Source: Patescibacteria group bacterium
Lineage (GTDB): Bacteria; Patescibacteriota; Patescibacteriia; Magasanikbacterales; GWA2-37-8
DNA length: 64,000 nt
Direction: 5' to 3'
Assembly (NCBI GenBank): GCA_041649475.1
Contig: JBAZNA010000001.1
Location: 878,594 to 942,593 of the forward strand
The notes under the pieces were generated by a model, which saw nothing but the letters and a program-made list of their open reading frames with translations, had not been told where the DNA came from and did not search any database. How positions within the stretch are numbered: position 1 is the stretch's first letter; the number at the start of each line of letters is the position of its first letter. Of the stretch, positions 51,258-60,714 are shown one piece after another. Both the position numbers and the translations under genes were made by a program.

Positions 51258-51829
51258 TACTTTACCATCTGTAAGGCCTCTTTCATCAACTGTTCACTCG
51301 TCTTCCCCCTGCCGTCAAGCTTCTTGGCCGCCTCTCTGGCCTCGGCCGCGCCATAACCAAGGGCCATTAATCCGGCCACCACATCTCCCAAAATATCACC
51401 CTCGGCAAATTCTTCAACTGTTCCTGACCCAATCACTTTGTTTTTAAGTTCCACCACAATGCGCTCGGCGGTTTTTTTGCCGATACCGCTGACATTGGTC
51501 AAATAACCCACATCCTCGCGCGCAATCGCGGACGAAATTTCATGCACACTGCCCAAAGACAATAAATGCATGGCTGTTTTCGGGCCAATGCCGCTGACTA
51601 GTAGAAATTTGGTAAATAAATCTTTTTCTTCCGGACTGGCAAAACCGTAAAGCTCCATCGCGTTTTCGCGGACCGCCAAGTAAGTCAAAACCTGCACCTC
51701 TGTGCCCACTGTCCAACCCTGGGTGTAGCGCGCGCTCACCATTACTTCATAACCAACTCCGCCGGAAGTCAAAATTGTCACTTGTGAGCCGTTATTTTCC
51801 AAAATTTTTCCCTTCAAAACAGAAATCAT
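51257..51829 (-). CDS. ruvA: Holliday junction branch migration protein RuvA
   Basis: GVGYEV, LYGF, VSGIGPK, GIGKKTAERI..ELK. Confidence 0.95.
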   Translation of the reverse strand: MISVLKGKILENNGSQVTILTSGGVGYEVMVSARYTQGWTVGTEVQVLTYLAVRENAMELYGFASPEEKDLFTKFLLVSGIGPKTAMHLLSLGSVHEISSAIAREDVGYLTNVSGIGKKTAERIVVELKNKVIGSGTVEEFAEGDILGDVVAGLMALGYGAAEAREAAKKLDGRGKTSEQLMKEALQMVK

Positions 51830-51843
51830 AACTCAATTTACGC

Positions 51844-53595
51844 TTATAATTCAATCGTATAAATATTTATTGGTTCCACCCTGCCTTTGACCGTGGCCGA
51901 GCCCAACGGCTTAAATTTGTAACTGGTTTTTAATTTATTTTTTGTGGTCTCACCGATGATTATATTCGTTTTATACTCCTTATTTAACCCTTCCAACCGG
52001 GAGGCCACATTCACTGTATCACCCATAGCCGTATAATTCAACCGCAACTCCGAGCCGATGTTTCCAACCACGGCCGGTCCGGTATATAACCCAATACCGA
52101 TGTTTATTTCCGGCTTGCCCTCTTGGCGCAACTCCTCATTTAAAACTTTCAGTTTGGCCAGCATGCCAACGGATGCCTTCATTGCCTTATCCGCGGAATC
52201 CGCATCATCAATCGGCGCTCCCCAAAAAGCCATAATCGCGTCGCCGATGTATTTATCCAAAACCCCGCCATATTTTAACACCTCTTCGGTCATTAAAGTA
52301 AAATAGCGATTCAAAATTTTCACCAGTTCCTGCGGTTTGGTGTTTTCCGACAAGGTTGTAAATCCGCGAATATCAGAAAAAAACACAGTAATTTCTTTTT
52401 CCTGTCCGCCCAATTTCACCTTGCCCGGGTCTTTTAGAATTTCTTTAACCACTTCCTTGGACACATATTTGGAAAACACGTTTTTCAATTCCCGTTTTTC
52501 TTTTTCAGCGATAAAATACCGGTAAACAAAAATTACCGCGGTTGGAATCGCCCAGGCCAAAGTTATATGAATAATATTGGTCACAACTCCAAACTCAAAC
52601 AAAACGATAGCCGCCAGCAGATATAAAAATCCCAAAATAATATTGTATAACAATGGCCGGATTGAACGTTTGGAGAAACTAAAGATAATAGCCGGAAGCA
52701 AAGCCGCTAAAAATATCCAAAGCAAAATATTTTGATTGCTTAAATCTGTCAACCGATACCCTTGGAGCAACATGTTGACGATATTGGCCTGAATTTCCAC
52801 GCCCGGCATATCATTTTCTTTGCCAATTGGCACCGGCTTGGCGTCGTGAAGATCAGAAGTAAAAACGCCCAGCAAAACAATTTTATTTTTTAATGAATCC
52901 AACGAATCGCCCTGATATATCTGCCAAAATGGCACCCGACGCACATGGCCCGGCGCGCCGGCAAAAACAATTCTGTTTATGTTTTGCAAATTACTTTCAT
53001 TGGGAATTTGTTCACCGCTGGCTTTGGCAACCTCATAGGCAAAAGCATTAAACACCTGCGCATTGCCGCCGTCAGTAATTATCAAAGGAAACCGGCGCAC
53101 GATTCCGTCTTTATCAGCAATGATATTAGCATGCCCCAAAGATGATTTATCCGGAACATTAAATAAAGATAAAGGAAAGTTAAAATTCAAACCAATGGCG
53201 CTGCCCTTTTTTATGGTTAACTCTGTTGTCTCAACCGGAAAAACAATCGGATAATTGGCATTTTCTATAGCCGTGGCCAAACTTTGATCATCGGCCTCCC
53301 CAAACCGCGAGGGTTCAGAAAAAACAATATCAACCCCCAACACCTTTGGTTTAACGCTGTTTAATTGCTCTAACGCCGAGGCAAAAACCTGCCTTGACCA
53401 TGGCCACTGGCCGATTTTTGAAATTGAAGCGTCATCAATCGTGACAATGACAATATCTTGATTGATTGTTTTGGGTGAAACCAGCAGATCTTCGGCCGCA
53501 TTTTCCAAACCGGAAAAAATTCCCAGTGAATAAGAACCAAAAACCAAACCGCCGGCAACTAGCGAGACCAGAAAATAGACAAACTTTTTGCGCAT
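51844..53595 (-). CDS. CHASE2-domain class III adenylate/guanylate cyclase
   Basis: CHASE2 (IDD.S, WPW.R, D.DG..R, PGVE); three TMs; FSDIRGFT, KYIGDA, GDTVN.ASRLE. Confidence 0.93.
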   Translation of the reverse strand: MRKKFVYFLVSLVAGGLVFGSYSLGIFSGLENAAEDLLVSPKTINQDIVIVTIDDASISKIGQWPWSRQVFASALEQLNSVKPKVLGVDIVFSEPSRFGEADDQSLATAIENANYPIVFPVETTELTIKKGSAIGLNFNFPLSLFNVPDKSSLGHANIIADKDGIVRRFPLIITDGGNAQVFNAFAYEVAKASGEQIPNESNLQNINRIVFAGAPGHVRRVPFWQIYQGDSLDSLKNKIVLLGVFTSDLHDAKPVPIGKENDMPGVEIQANIVNMLLQGYRLTDLSNQNILLWIFLAALLPAIIFSFSKRSIRPLLYNIILGFLYLLAAIVLFEFGVVTNIIHITLAWAIPTAVIFVYRYFIAEKEKRELKNVFSKYVSKEVVKEILKDPGKVKLGGQEKEITVFFSDIRGFTTLSENTKPQELVKILNRYFTLMTEEVLKYGGVLDKYIGDAIMAFWGAPIDDADSADKAMKASVGMLAKLKVLNEELRQEGKPEINIGIGLYTGPAVVGNIGSELRLNYTAMGDTVNVASRLEGLNKEYKTNIIIGETTKNKLKTSYKFKPLGSATVKGRVEPINIYTIEL

Positions 53596-53599
53596 AGTG

Positions 53600-54559
53600 T
53601 TATTTTACGGTTGGAGTCACACCCAAAAGTTGCAATTGATTTAGTTGCTGTTGGGCTGTAATAAGCTGCTGTTTCATCTCTGGTGTAAGCGACGGATTGG
53701 CCTGTAAAGCTTTTATCTGATCCAATCCCTGCTGAACAGAACTTTGCATTTGTAAAATAAAGGCCTTTAATTGTGCCGGATCCGGAAGATTTGCTTTTAA
53801 ATTCAACATTAAGGCATCAGAGGTCTGCGCTTTTTGTATCCAATCCATATCTTTGACAGTGGCAGGCACAGGTTGCGCGGCCGTTTGCATCATTATTTTT
53901 TTCTCAATCACGCCGGTTACAAAATTATTATCAATCTTCAGATATTTATCCGGACCAACCACCGCCGTGTCGGCTAAAATATTATTTTTTGCATCTTTAA
54001 TCTGCACCGACACATTGTTCTCCGAACCAATAACTTCGGTACTGCCGTCAATTACTTGCACGCCAAAAGCCGTGCCCCGCACCGTGGCCACCGCGTTACT
54101 GCTTTCCACCTGCCAGCTTGAATTTGGCGTAGCCAAGCCCACTATCTTTGACCAGACCTTGCCGATGGAAACAAAAATTTTCACCACCAAGCTTTTATCC
54201 GACTGATCATAACTGGCCGCATCTATAGTAATCTCCGTGTTGGTATCCAAACGCGCCACTGACCCGTCCGGAAAATATATATTGGCAACGCCATTTTCAT
54301 CGGTCTTAATTTTATCCCCCTGGTTGACTTCTTCGCCGGTTTGGAGTTCTTTGGTTGCACCAGTATTATCAACTAAAAATACTGTTGGTCTAACAACTTC
54401 TATCCATGGCAAAGTTACCTTCTCGCTGGTTTGATCAGGTGTTACCGGTGTGTATCCTTGAGGACCGGGTTTTTTATAATTTTTGAAAAAAAACAGCGCG
54501 GCGACAACTGCCAAGACAAATAGCACCACCGCTATCCCCAAAAAAATCCATTTTTTCAT
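53600..54559 (-). CDS. Membrane-anchored FecR-domain protein
   Basis: N-terminal TM; GD.IKT, F.DGS..RL..NT, A.VRGT.F. Confidence 0.85.
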   Translation of the reverse strand: MKKWIFLGIAVVLFVLAVVAALFFFKNYKKPGPQGYTPVTPDQTSEKVTLPWIEVVRPTVFLVDNTGATKELQTGEEVNQGDKIKTDENGVANIYFPDGSVARLDTNTEITIDAASYDQSDKSLVVKIFVSIGKVWSKIVGLATPNSSWQVESSNAVATVRGTAFGVQVIDGSTEVIGSENNVSVQIKDAKNNILADTAVVGPDKYLKIDNNFVTGVIEKKIMMQTAAQPVPATVKDMDWIQKAQTSDALMLNLKANLPDPAQLKAFILQMQSSVQQGLDQIKALQANPSLTPEMKQQLITAQQQLNQLQLLGVTPTVK

Positions 54560-54592
54560 AGAAGCAAGTTAGATAATTACTCTATTATTCTA

Positions 54593-55558
54593 TCATTTTT
54601 TCTTGTTTCTTGAAACTCTGGTTAATCCGCTACAAGGCACGATTTCAATGCCTTTCTTTTCAAGCTGATCCAGGAATAAATTCATGCCCAGGGAGTCCGA
54701 AGAAATATGTCCGGCAATAACCACGTTCATATGAAACTCGTTGGCTTTATCCATAGCGTCATCGCGCATGTGCATACCGACAATCGTGCTGATGCCGGCG
54801 CGTGATAACTCTTGATACACTTTATTTGAAGGATTAGTGCCACCGGTCATCTCCACTAAAAATTTACCGACTTTATTTTTCGGATTGCCGGCAAAAATCT
54901 TCGGACCGGCGCCGCGTTTTTTCGCTTCCTGATATTCCGGAATTTCCATTAAGGCCTTTAACAGATCGCTGATTGTTTCCGGTTTCTTTTTAGTCAGATA
55001 TTCATGAAGAAATTTATTAACCAAATTATCGGTAATGGTATGGGTGTTAATCACATCCACTTTAAGCGCCTTGGCCAGATCAATAATCTGATAATGATTG
55101 GCCGGATGCACACTGCGGCCCACTTCTCTGATTCTTTCATCCATTAATTTTTCCGCCACATGCACCGGCATGCCCAAGTGCTCATAAACCTCAACGATCA
55201 TGTCCATCACGCTGTGCAAAGACGCCAAACTGCCGCCAATCGGGTGATGACCAATTACCAAATCAATCGGTTTACCTCTCTCATTTAACTGGCTGGCCAA
55301 TAAAATTTCGCCGGAGCCAATATCAATTCCTGATAAAACCCGTTTAACTTTTTTATCCGGGTTGCCGACATGAATTTTGCTGTCATCATACGGATTCTCC
55401 AGCCGGTCTTTATCAAAATATTTTTTCTCGTCCGGTTTCAAATCCTCATATTCTCTTTTGGTTCGCTCTAAATATTTTTTCACGCCCTTGGCGCCACGCG
55501 GATCGGCGGCCATGCCGATTTTCAGTCCCAAATCAAAAATTTGTTTTGTTGTTAACAT
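54593..55558 (-). CDS. NIF3-like protein
   Basis: GID, HHP, HT..D, GMH, GHISSDSLG.N. Confidence 0.8.
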   Translation of the reverse strand: MLTTKQIFDLGLKIGMAADPRGAKGVKKYLERTKREYEDLKPDEKKYFDKDRLENPYDDSKIHVGNPDKKVKRVLSGIDIGSGEILLASQLNERGKPIDLVIGHHPIGGSLASLHSVMDMIVEVYEHLGMPVHVAEKLMDERIREVGRSVHPANHYQIIDLAKALKVDVINTHTITDNLVNKFLHEYLTKKKPETISDLLKALMEIPEYQEAKKRGAGPKIFAGNPKNKVGKFLVEMTGGTNPSNKVYQELSRAGISTIVGMHMRDDAMDKANEFHMNVVIAGHISSDSLGMNLFLDQLEKKGIEIVPCSGLTRVSRNKKK

Positions 55559-55630
55559 ATGTAAAATTTTAATGACTTATTAGCCAATCATAGGATAAAA
55601 AAGCCAATATGTCAACCTTGAAAAGGAATT

Positions 55631-56416
55631 AAAAAAGGGCATACGGTGTGAACACCGGATGCCCAATGGGACCCGAGGATACTCTGGACCTGGGGGTGGT
55701 CGTAAATCCCCGTTTCCCGTGGGGTTCTGCTTCCCCGTGGCTCACCACTACGCAGGTGACTCGACCCATCTGCCTTTCGGCCACCAGGGCGGGTGTAGAT
55801 CTTGGGAGGGCGGCACGGGCGCTTGCATGTCATCAGTCGGGCTGTTAAGCCCTATGTGTGGAACAGCAGCTTCACCTGACGCTCCTTTCTTTTCCTCTGC
55901 GGGTGTTCGACCCCCGGATAGAGGTCGAATACTCGATAAAGGTGGGAAACGAGAGAGTGAACCCCCGCGTTTCCCGTACTGCACTGCTTCCATGCTTTGG
56001 CGCGACCCTGCGAGGTTACGGCCCTTGAGTTGAGAGAATAGTACTTCCCCGAAGGCTTTCCTATCCCGTACAACCTGGGCCTGCATAGTACCCCGAAGTG
56101 ACTTTGCCCTGCTTGGGCGTTGGCTAGGGGTGTGGTCGCCACTTAATTCCACACCTTGCGTTTAACTGCGCACGACACCTCCATCCTTGGGTGGTGTCAC
56201 CCTTGCTTGGCGCGGGAGCTTTGTCGTAATGCTCCGCAGCGCGGGTTTACGGTTTACGTGCGCCTAATGGACGCACGCACGGCGGGATCTACTTCTGTGA
56301 CCCCGAGTTAGAGAAACGGGCCATAACGCATGTGGTCCACTCCTCCACCGAGCCGCCGGCACATAGTCCGAGGGCCTTTCACAGGCCGCTAAATATTAAC
56401 GGACTACGAAAGATAA
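55631..56416 (-). ncRNA. Large structured non-coding RNA candidate (~785 nt), family unassigned
   Basis: Own promoter and terminator, many GC-rich hairpins, no SD-led ORF with coding-like content. Confidence 0.7.
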
Positions 56417-56422
56417 TGGATT

Positions 56423-56451
56423 AGTATAGCAGAAATTGTTCGGTTTGTCAA
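56423..56451 (-). promoter_or_regulatory. Promoter of the large ncRNA candidate
   Basis: TTGACA-17nt-TATACT with extended -10 TG. Confidence 0.75.
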
Positions 56452-56647
56452 CCTCTCGACCACTTTGGTCAAGAGGCAATTACTTACCACTTCGCTTTAA
56501 TGTCCCCACATAAGTGAGAGTCCAAAGATCAAAATGGAAAGTAATTGGGAGCCGAAGTGTTTGAGCACTGCGGCTGTGCCTCCAGCAATGTTCGCTCGCG
56601 CGAACGATTCGCATGGCCAGCCGCGTGGCACACTAGGGGTGCGGCTG

Positions 56648-56918
56648 TTAGGGCTGGTGGTCTGCCTCATACCTGATGCGCACGGAACGATCTCCGTTGA
56701 CATCACAGGTCCAGGAGCAAACCCCCTTGTAGACACCCTCTGTCTTCTTGACCTTGGAGAGGTCGCTGATCTGTCGGCCGTCCTTTGACGTTGGAAGCCG
56801 CCTCCGCGAGAACTGCGAGGATGACGATGGCGATGATGACCCAGAAGGTGAACTTGTAGATCCCCTTCTCGTTCAGGTACCAGTCCATGTCGGATATCTT
56901 GTTCCTGATCTTACCCAT
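56648..56918 (-). pseudogene. Small single-TM protein gene with an apparent one-base frameshift near 56785
   Basis: AGGAGAGG SD, MGKIR..TM; G/C-ending codon bias continues in the shifted frame (KDGRQISDLSKVKK..HQP stop). Confidence 0.55.
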
Positions 56919-57016
56919 GTTCCTCTCCTTATCCTCGAACCACCCACACAAACCAACGCGCATGCGCCAGTCCGGGGCGGCTTCTTTCTCTAAGTTGAAA
57001 TGAACACAGAATGTTT

Positions 57017-57076
57017 CCATCCTGGACCGAGTGAACGACCCTATAACGTAGATTATTCACTTCGTTCAAAATGACA
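57017..57076. repeat. Degenerate REP-like palindrome
   Basis: AGATTATTCACTTCGTTCAAAATGAC arm with imperfect partner CATCCTGGACCGAGTGAACGACCCT. Confidence 0.5.
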
Positions 57077-57224
57077 ACGCCCATATTAACACAAAATCCC
57101 TCGTTGAGAGAGATTCTTGTTTGTCGCCCTTGTCAGGGCTAAAATTAGAGTATATTTTACTTGCGCCTAGCTGCACCTCTCTCAAATGCCACTATGCGCC
57201 TATTTTTTGATACTTAAACAAGCA

Positions 57225-57253
57225 AGTATAGCACAAATGAGAGATTTTGTCAA
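57225..57253 (-). promoter_or_regulatory. Sigma70-type promoter downstream of ileS
   Basis: TTGACA-17nt-TATACT, extended -10. Confidence 0.7.
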
Positions 57254-57275
57254 TAGCCCAACGGCTCGTTTCGGC

Positions 57276-60161
57276 TTATTTTGGCCTTTCTACGTTCAAT
57301 TTAACCTTCCCTCCGCCAATTTCAACCTCTTCCCCTTCCGCTCCGACCTCTATTTTTACAGCTAAAACCGACTTTTTGATCTCATCCGCATAATCGCTAA
57401 AAACCGAGCCCAACAAATCATCAGAAGTAGTATATTTAACAACCACCGCGTCATTAATCGTCAACTTCTGGTCTTTGCGCATTTGATTAATGGTCCGCAC
57501 CAGCTCGCGCACAATGCCTTCTTTTTTCAATTCTTCGGTCATCATAATATCCAACCCAACCTTCACGCTGGTATCCTCTTTCACTGTAAAATTTTCATTC
57601 GCTTCAATCCTGCCCATCTCAACTTTTTTAACATTTAATTCATCGGCAATAATCACATACAAGTCCTTGGAAAGCGCTTCGCTCAAAATCAGACGCGACA
57701 ATGGCTGGCGAACCTTGATACCTTTCTCGGCTCTCAAAGCCAAACCGAGCTCAACGACTTTTCTGGCCAAATCCATTTCATCCATTAATTTTTTATTGAT
57801 TAATTTTTCATTCACCTCCGGCCACTTATCCAAATGCACGCTTTCTTTCTCTCCGCCCAAAGCCAAATAAATTTTTTCGGCAATAAACGGGGTAAACGGC
57901 GCCATCACTTTGGATAACTGCAACAAAACATATCCCAAAGTGGTAATCGCTGATTTTTTATCCGCGCCATCATCACCCTTAAAACGATCACGACTGCGGC
58001 GGACATACCACTGTGATAATTCAGTGACAAATTCCAAAATCGGCCGGCTGGCATTTACCAATTCATAATTTTCCATGCCCTTAGTCGCGTCTCTTATAAG
58101 CAACTGCAATTTTGATAATATCCAACTATCTAAAACATTGTCGGCTTTTTTTATTTTATCTTCAACCTTTTGGTCAACCGCGTACATTTTGTAAAATTCC
58201 AAAACATTCCAAGCGGTATTTACAACTTTGTTATACATCTCACGCACGCCAATCTCGGAAAAATTTAAGGACTCGGCCGTCATGACCGGTGAAGTAGCCA
58301 AATAATACCTCATCGCATCCGCGCCGTATTTTTCCAAAACAATATCCGGCTCCGGATAATTTTTCAGACGCTTGCTCATTTTTTTGCCATCTTCTGCTAA
58401 AACAATTCCATTGACAATGACATTTTTAAACGCCGGTTTGTTCTTCAGGGCCGTTGCCAAAACATGCAAGGTATAAAACCAGCCGCGGGTCTGATCCTGG
58501 CCTTCGGCGATGAATTCTGCCGGAAAACCATTTTCAAATTTTTTCTGATTTTCAAACGGATAATGCATTTGGCCATAAGGCATACTGCCGGATTCAAACC
58601 AGACATCCAAAATTTCCGGAATGCGGCGATATTCTTTGCCATCTTTTTTTATCACATATTTATCTATAATATGCTTATGCAAATCAGTCACTTTTTGGCC
58701 GGATAATTCCGTGAGTTCAGCGGCACTGCCAACACAAATCAAATCACCCTCGGCGCTCTCCCAAACCGGCAACGGCGTGCCCCAATAACGGTTGCGTGAA
58801 ATGGCCCAATCACGCGCGCCTTCCAGCCATTTTCCAAACCGGCCTTCTTTAATATGTTCCGGCACCCAATGAATGCCTTTGTTGTTTTTCAGTAGATGGT
58901 CTTTTAATTCGGTAACTTTCACAAACCAACTGCTGGTCGCATAATTTAACAGCGGGGTATCACAACGCCAACAATGCGGATAGCTATGTTCGATTTTTTC
59001 TTTAGCAAATAATTTATTATTATGCGCCAGCCATTTTATCACTTCCACATCGGTGCGAGTTGGATCGTCTTTTGGTTTTACATCCATGTTTGGAAAATCG
59101 GTCACCGCCGGCATAAATTTTCCTTCCATGGTCACATGCTGGACCAAAGGCAGACCCTCTTCTTCGCCAACATTATAATCATCCTCGCCAAAAGCCGGGG
59201 CAATATGGACAACACCGGTGCCGTCTTCAGTGGAAACAAAATTTCCAGCCACCACCCTGAACGCTTTTGGTGTATCGGCAAAATACGGGAAGAGAGGTTC
59301 GTATTCCAAACCGACCAAATCAGAACTTGATAAATTTTTTATAACTGAATATTGTTTGTCTTTTAAAACTGAAGTTGCCCGATCCGCGGCCAAAATATAT
59401 ACACCGACCTCGCCGGCAATTTCCACTACCTGATAGCCGATTTGCGGACCGACTGCCAACAAAACATTTCCCGGTAGAGTCCAGGGGGTGGTTGTCCAAG
59501 CCAAAACATAGACATCACCGTCCAAATCTAACTTTTCCGGATTTTTTAATTTAAATTTAACCGTTGCTGAAATATCTTTTATATCTTTATAGTTCTGGGT
59601 CACCTCAAAATTTGAAAGCGGAGTCACGCAGTGTGGACAAATATGCATCGGCTTATGCCCTTTATAGATCAATTTCTTTTTCCAAAGCTCCTTGAAAACC
59701 CACCAGATGCTTTCCATAAAGGTCGGATCCATGGTTTTATAATCATTCTCCATATCAACCCACCGGCCCATTCGTCTCACCGTACTTTTCCACTCATTGG
59801 CATACATCAAAACCGTGGCCCGGCACTCTTCATTAAATTTATCAACCCCATAATCCTCAATTTCCTTTTTACTGCCCAAATTTAATTTTTGTTCAATCAA
59901 ATTTTCAACCGGCAAACCGTGGCAATCCCAACCCCAACGGCGTTCCACCCGAAAACCGCGCATTGTCCAAAAACGCGGCACCACATCTTTCATGAGCGAT
60001 GCCACCAAATGCCCGTAATGCGGCAAACCCGTGGCAAAAGGAGGCCCGTCATAAAAATGGTAGGGCTTGTTTTCCGGCCGCTCCGAAACGGACTTCTCAA
60101 AACAATGATGTTCGTCCCAATATTTTAGAATTTCTCGTTCTTGTTCGCTGGAGTTATACAT
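57276..60161 (-). CDS. ileS: Isoleucine--tRNA ligase, type 2
   Basis: DGPPFATGLPHYGH, GWDCHGLP, WTTTPWT, GTGVVH, QTRGWF, KMSKR. Confidence 0.96.
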   Translation of the reverse strand: MYNSSEQEREILKYWDEHHCFEKSVSERPENKPYHFYDGPPFATGLPHYGHLVASLMKDVVPRFWTMRGFRVERRWGWDCHGLPVENLIEQKLNLGSKKEIEDYGVDKFNEECRATVLMYANEWKSTVRRMGRWVDMENDYKTMDPTFMESIWWVFKELWKKKLIYKGHKPMHICPHCVTPLSNFEVTQNYKDIKDISATVKFKLKNPEKLDLDGDVYVLAWTTTPWTLPGNVLLAVGPQIGYQVVEIAGEVGVYILAADRATSVLKDKQYSVIKNLSSSDLVGLEYEPLFPYFADTPKAFRVVAGNFVSTEDGTGVVHIAPAFGEDDYNVGEEEGLPLVQHVTMEGKFMPAVTDFPNMDVKPKDDPTRTDVEVIKWLAHNNKLFAKEKIEHSYPHCWRCDTPLLNYATSSWFVKVTELKDHLLKNNKGIHWVPEHIKEGRFGKWLEGARDWAISRNRYWGTPLPVWESAEGDLICVGSAAELTELSGQKVTDLHKHIIDKYVIKKDGKEYRRIPEILDVWFESGSMPYGQMHYPFENQKKFENGFPAEFIAEGQDQTRGWFYTLHVLATALKNKPAFKNVIVNGIVLAEDGKKMSKRLKNYPEPDIVLEKYGADAMRYYLATSPVMTAESLNFSEIGVREMYNKVVNTAWNVLEFYKMYAVDQKVEDKIKKADNVLDSWILSKLQLLIRDATKGMENYELVNASRPILEFVTELSQWYVRRSRDRFKGDDGADKKSAITTLGYVLLQLSKVMAPFTPFIAEKIYLALGGEKESVHLDKWPEVNEKLINKKLMDEMDLARKVVELGLALRAEKGIKVRQPLSRLILSEALSKDLYVIIADELNVKKVEMGRIEANENFTVKEDTSVKVGLDIMMTEELKKEGIVRELVRTINQMRKDQKLTINDAVVVKYTTSDDLLGSVFSDYADEIKKSVLAVKIEVGAEGEEVEIGGGKVKLNVERPK

Positions 60162-60261
60162 AAAAAGTTGATAACAATAAGTAAATTTTATCTAAAATAC
60201 GGCCATTTGTCAATCAACTATGGATAAAGTATAATATAGTATCAAACTTAACATAAATTTT

Positions 60262-60714
60262 ATGCTTTTTATTGCCTCTGACCATGCCGGATTTCAACTG
60301 AAAAAAGCCCTGGTCACATATATAGAAACCCAGCTTAACCTAAAAGTTAAAGATTTGGGTCCAACCTCCTTTGCAGAGGGGGATGATTTCCCGGATTATG
60401 CCGAACCGGTGGCCAAAGAAGTGACCAAAAGCCCGGAAAATTTGGGTATTTTAATTTGCGGCACCGGACAGGGAATGTGTATCGCGGCCAATAAAGTTAA
60501 AGGCATCAGGGCCATAATCGGCTATAACATAACCGCCACTGAACTGGGTAAACAACATAACAATGCCAACATCCTGTGTCTGGCCGGCCGGGTTATTACC
60601 GAAGATCATGCCAAAGCGATCGTCAAAAAATTTACTACAACCACTTTTGAAAAAGAAGAAAGGTTCGTACGCAGAAATAAAAAAATAGAGGAGCTGGAGA
60701 AAAACAGCGTATGA
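60262..60714 (+). CDS. rpiB: Ribose-5-phosphate isomerase B
   Basis: SDHAG, CGTG.G, ANKVKGIRA, HNNAN. Confidence 0.92.
   Translation: MLFIASDHAGFQLKKALVTYIETQLNLKVKDLGPTSFAEGDDFPDYAEPVAKEVTKSPENLGILICGTGQGMCIAANKVKGIRAIIGYNITATELGKQHNNANILCLAGRVITEDHAKAIVKKFTTTTFEKEERFVRRNKKIEELEKNSV

Noticed and set aside
55612-56152. Five short overlapping ORFs in the GC-rich block
   Set aside because: No clear SD or codon bias, on both strands and in several frames; expected by chance in GC-rich sequence
55631-56416. RNase P RNA, tmRNA, rRNA or group I intron identity for the large RNA
   Set aside because: No GAGGAAAGUCC P4 signature, no tRNA-like ends, no rRNA conserved strings recognised, and no interrupted host gene; needs cmscan to be final
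57276-60161. Type 2 IleRS as an acquired mupirocin-resistance gene
   Set aside because: Genome-typical composition and housekeeping context; type 2 is a normal sole IleRS in many lineages
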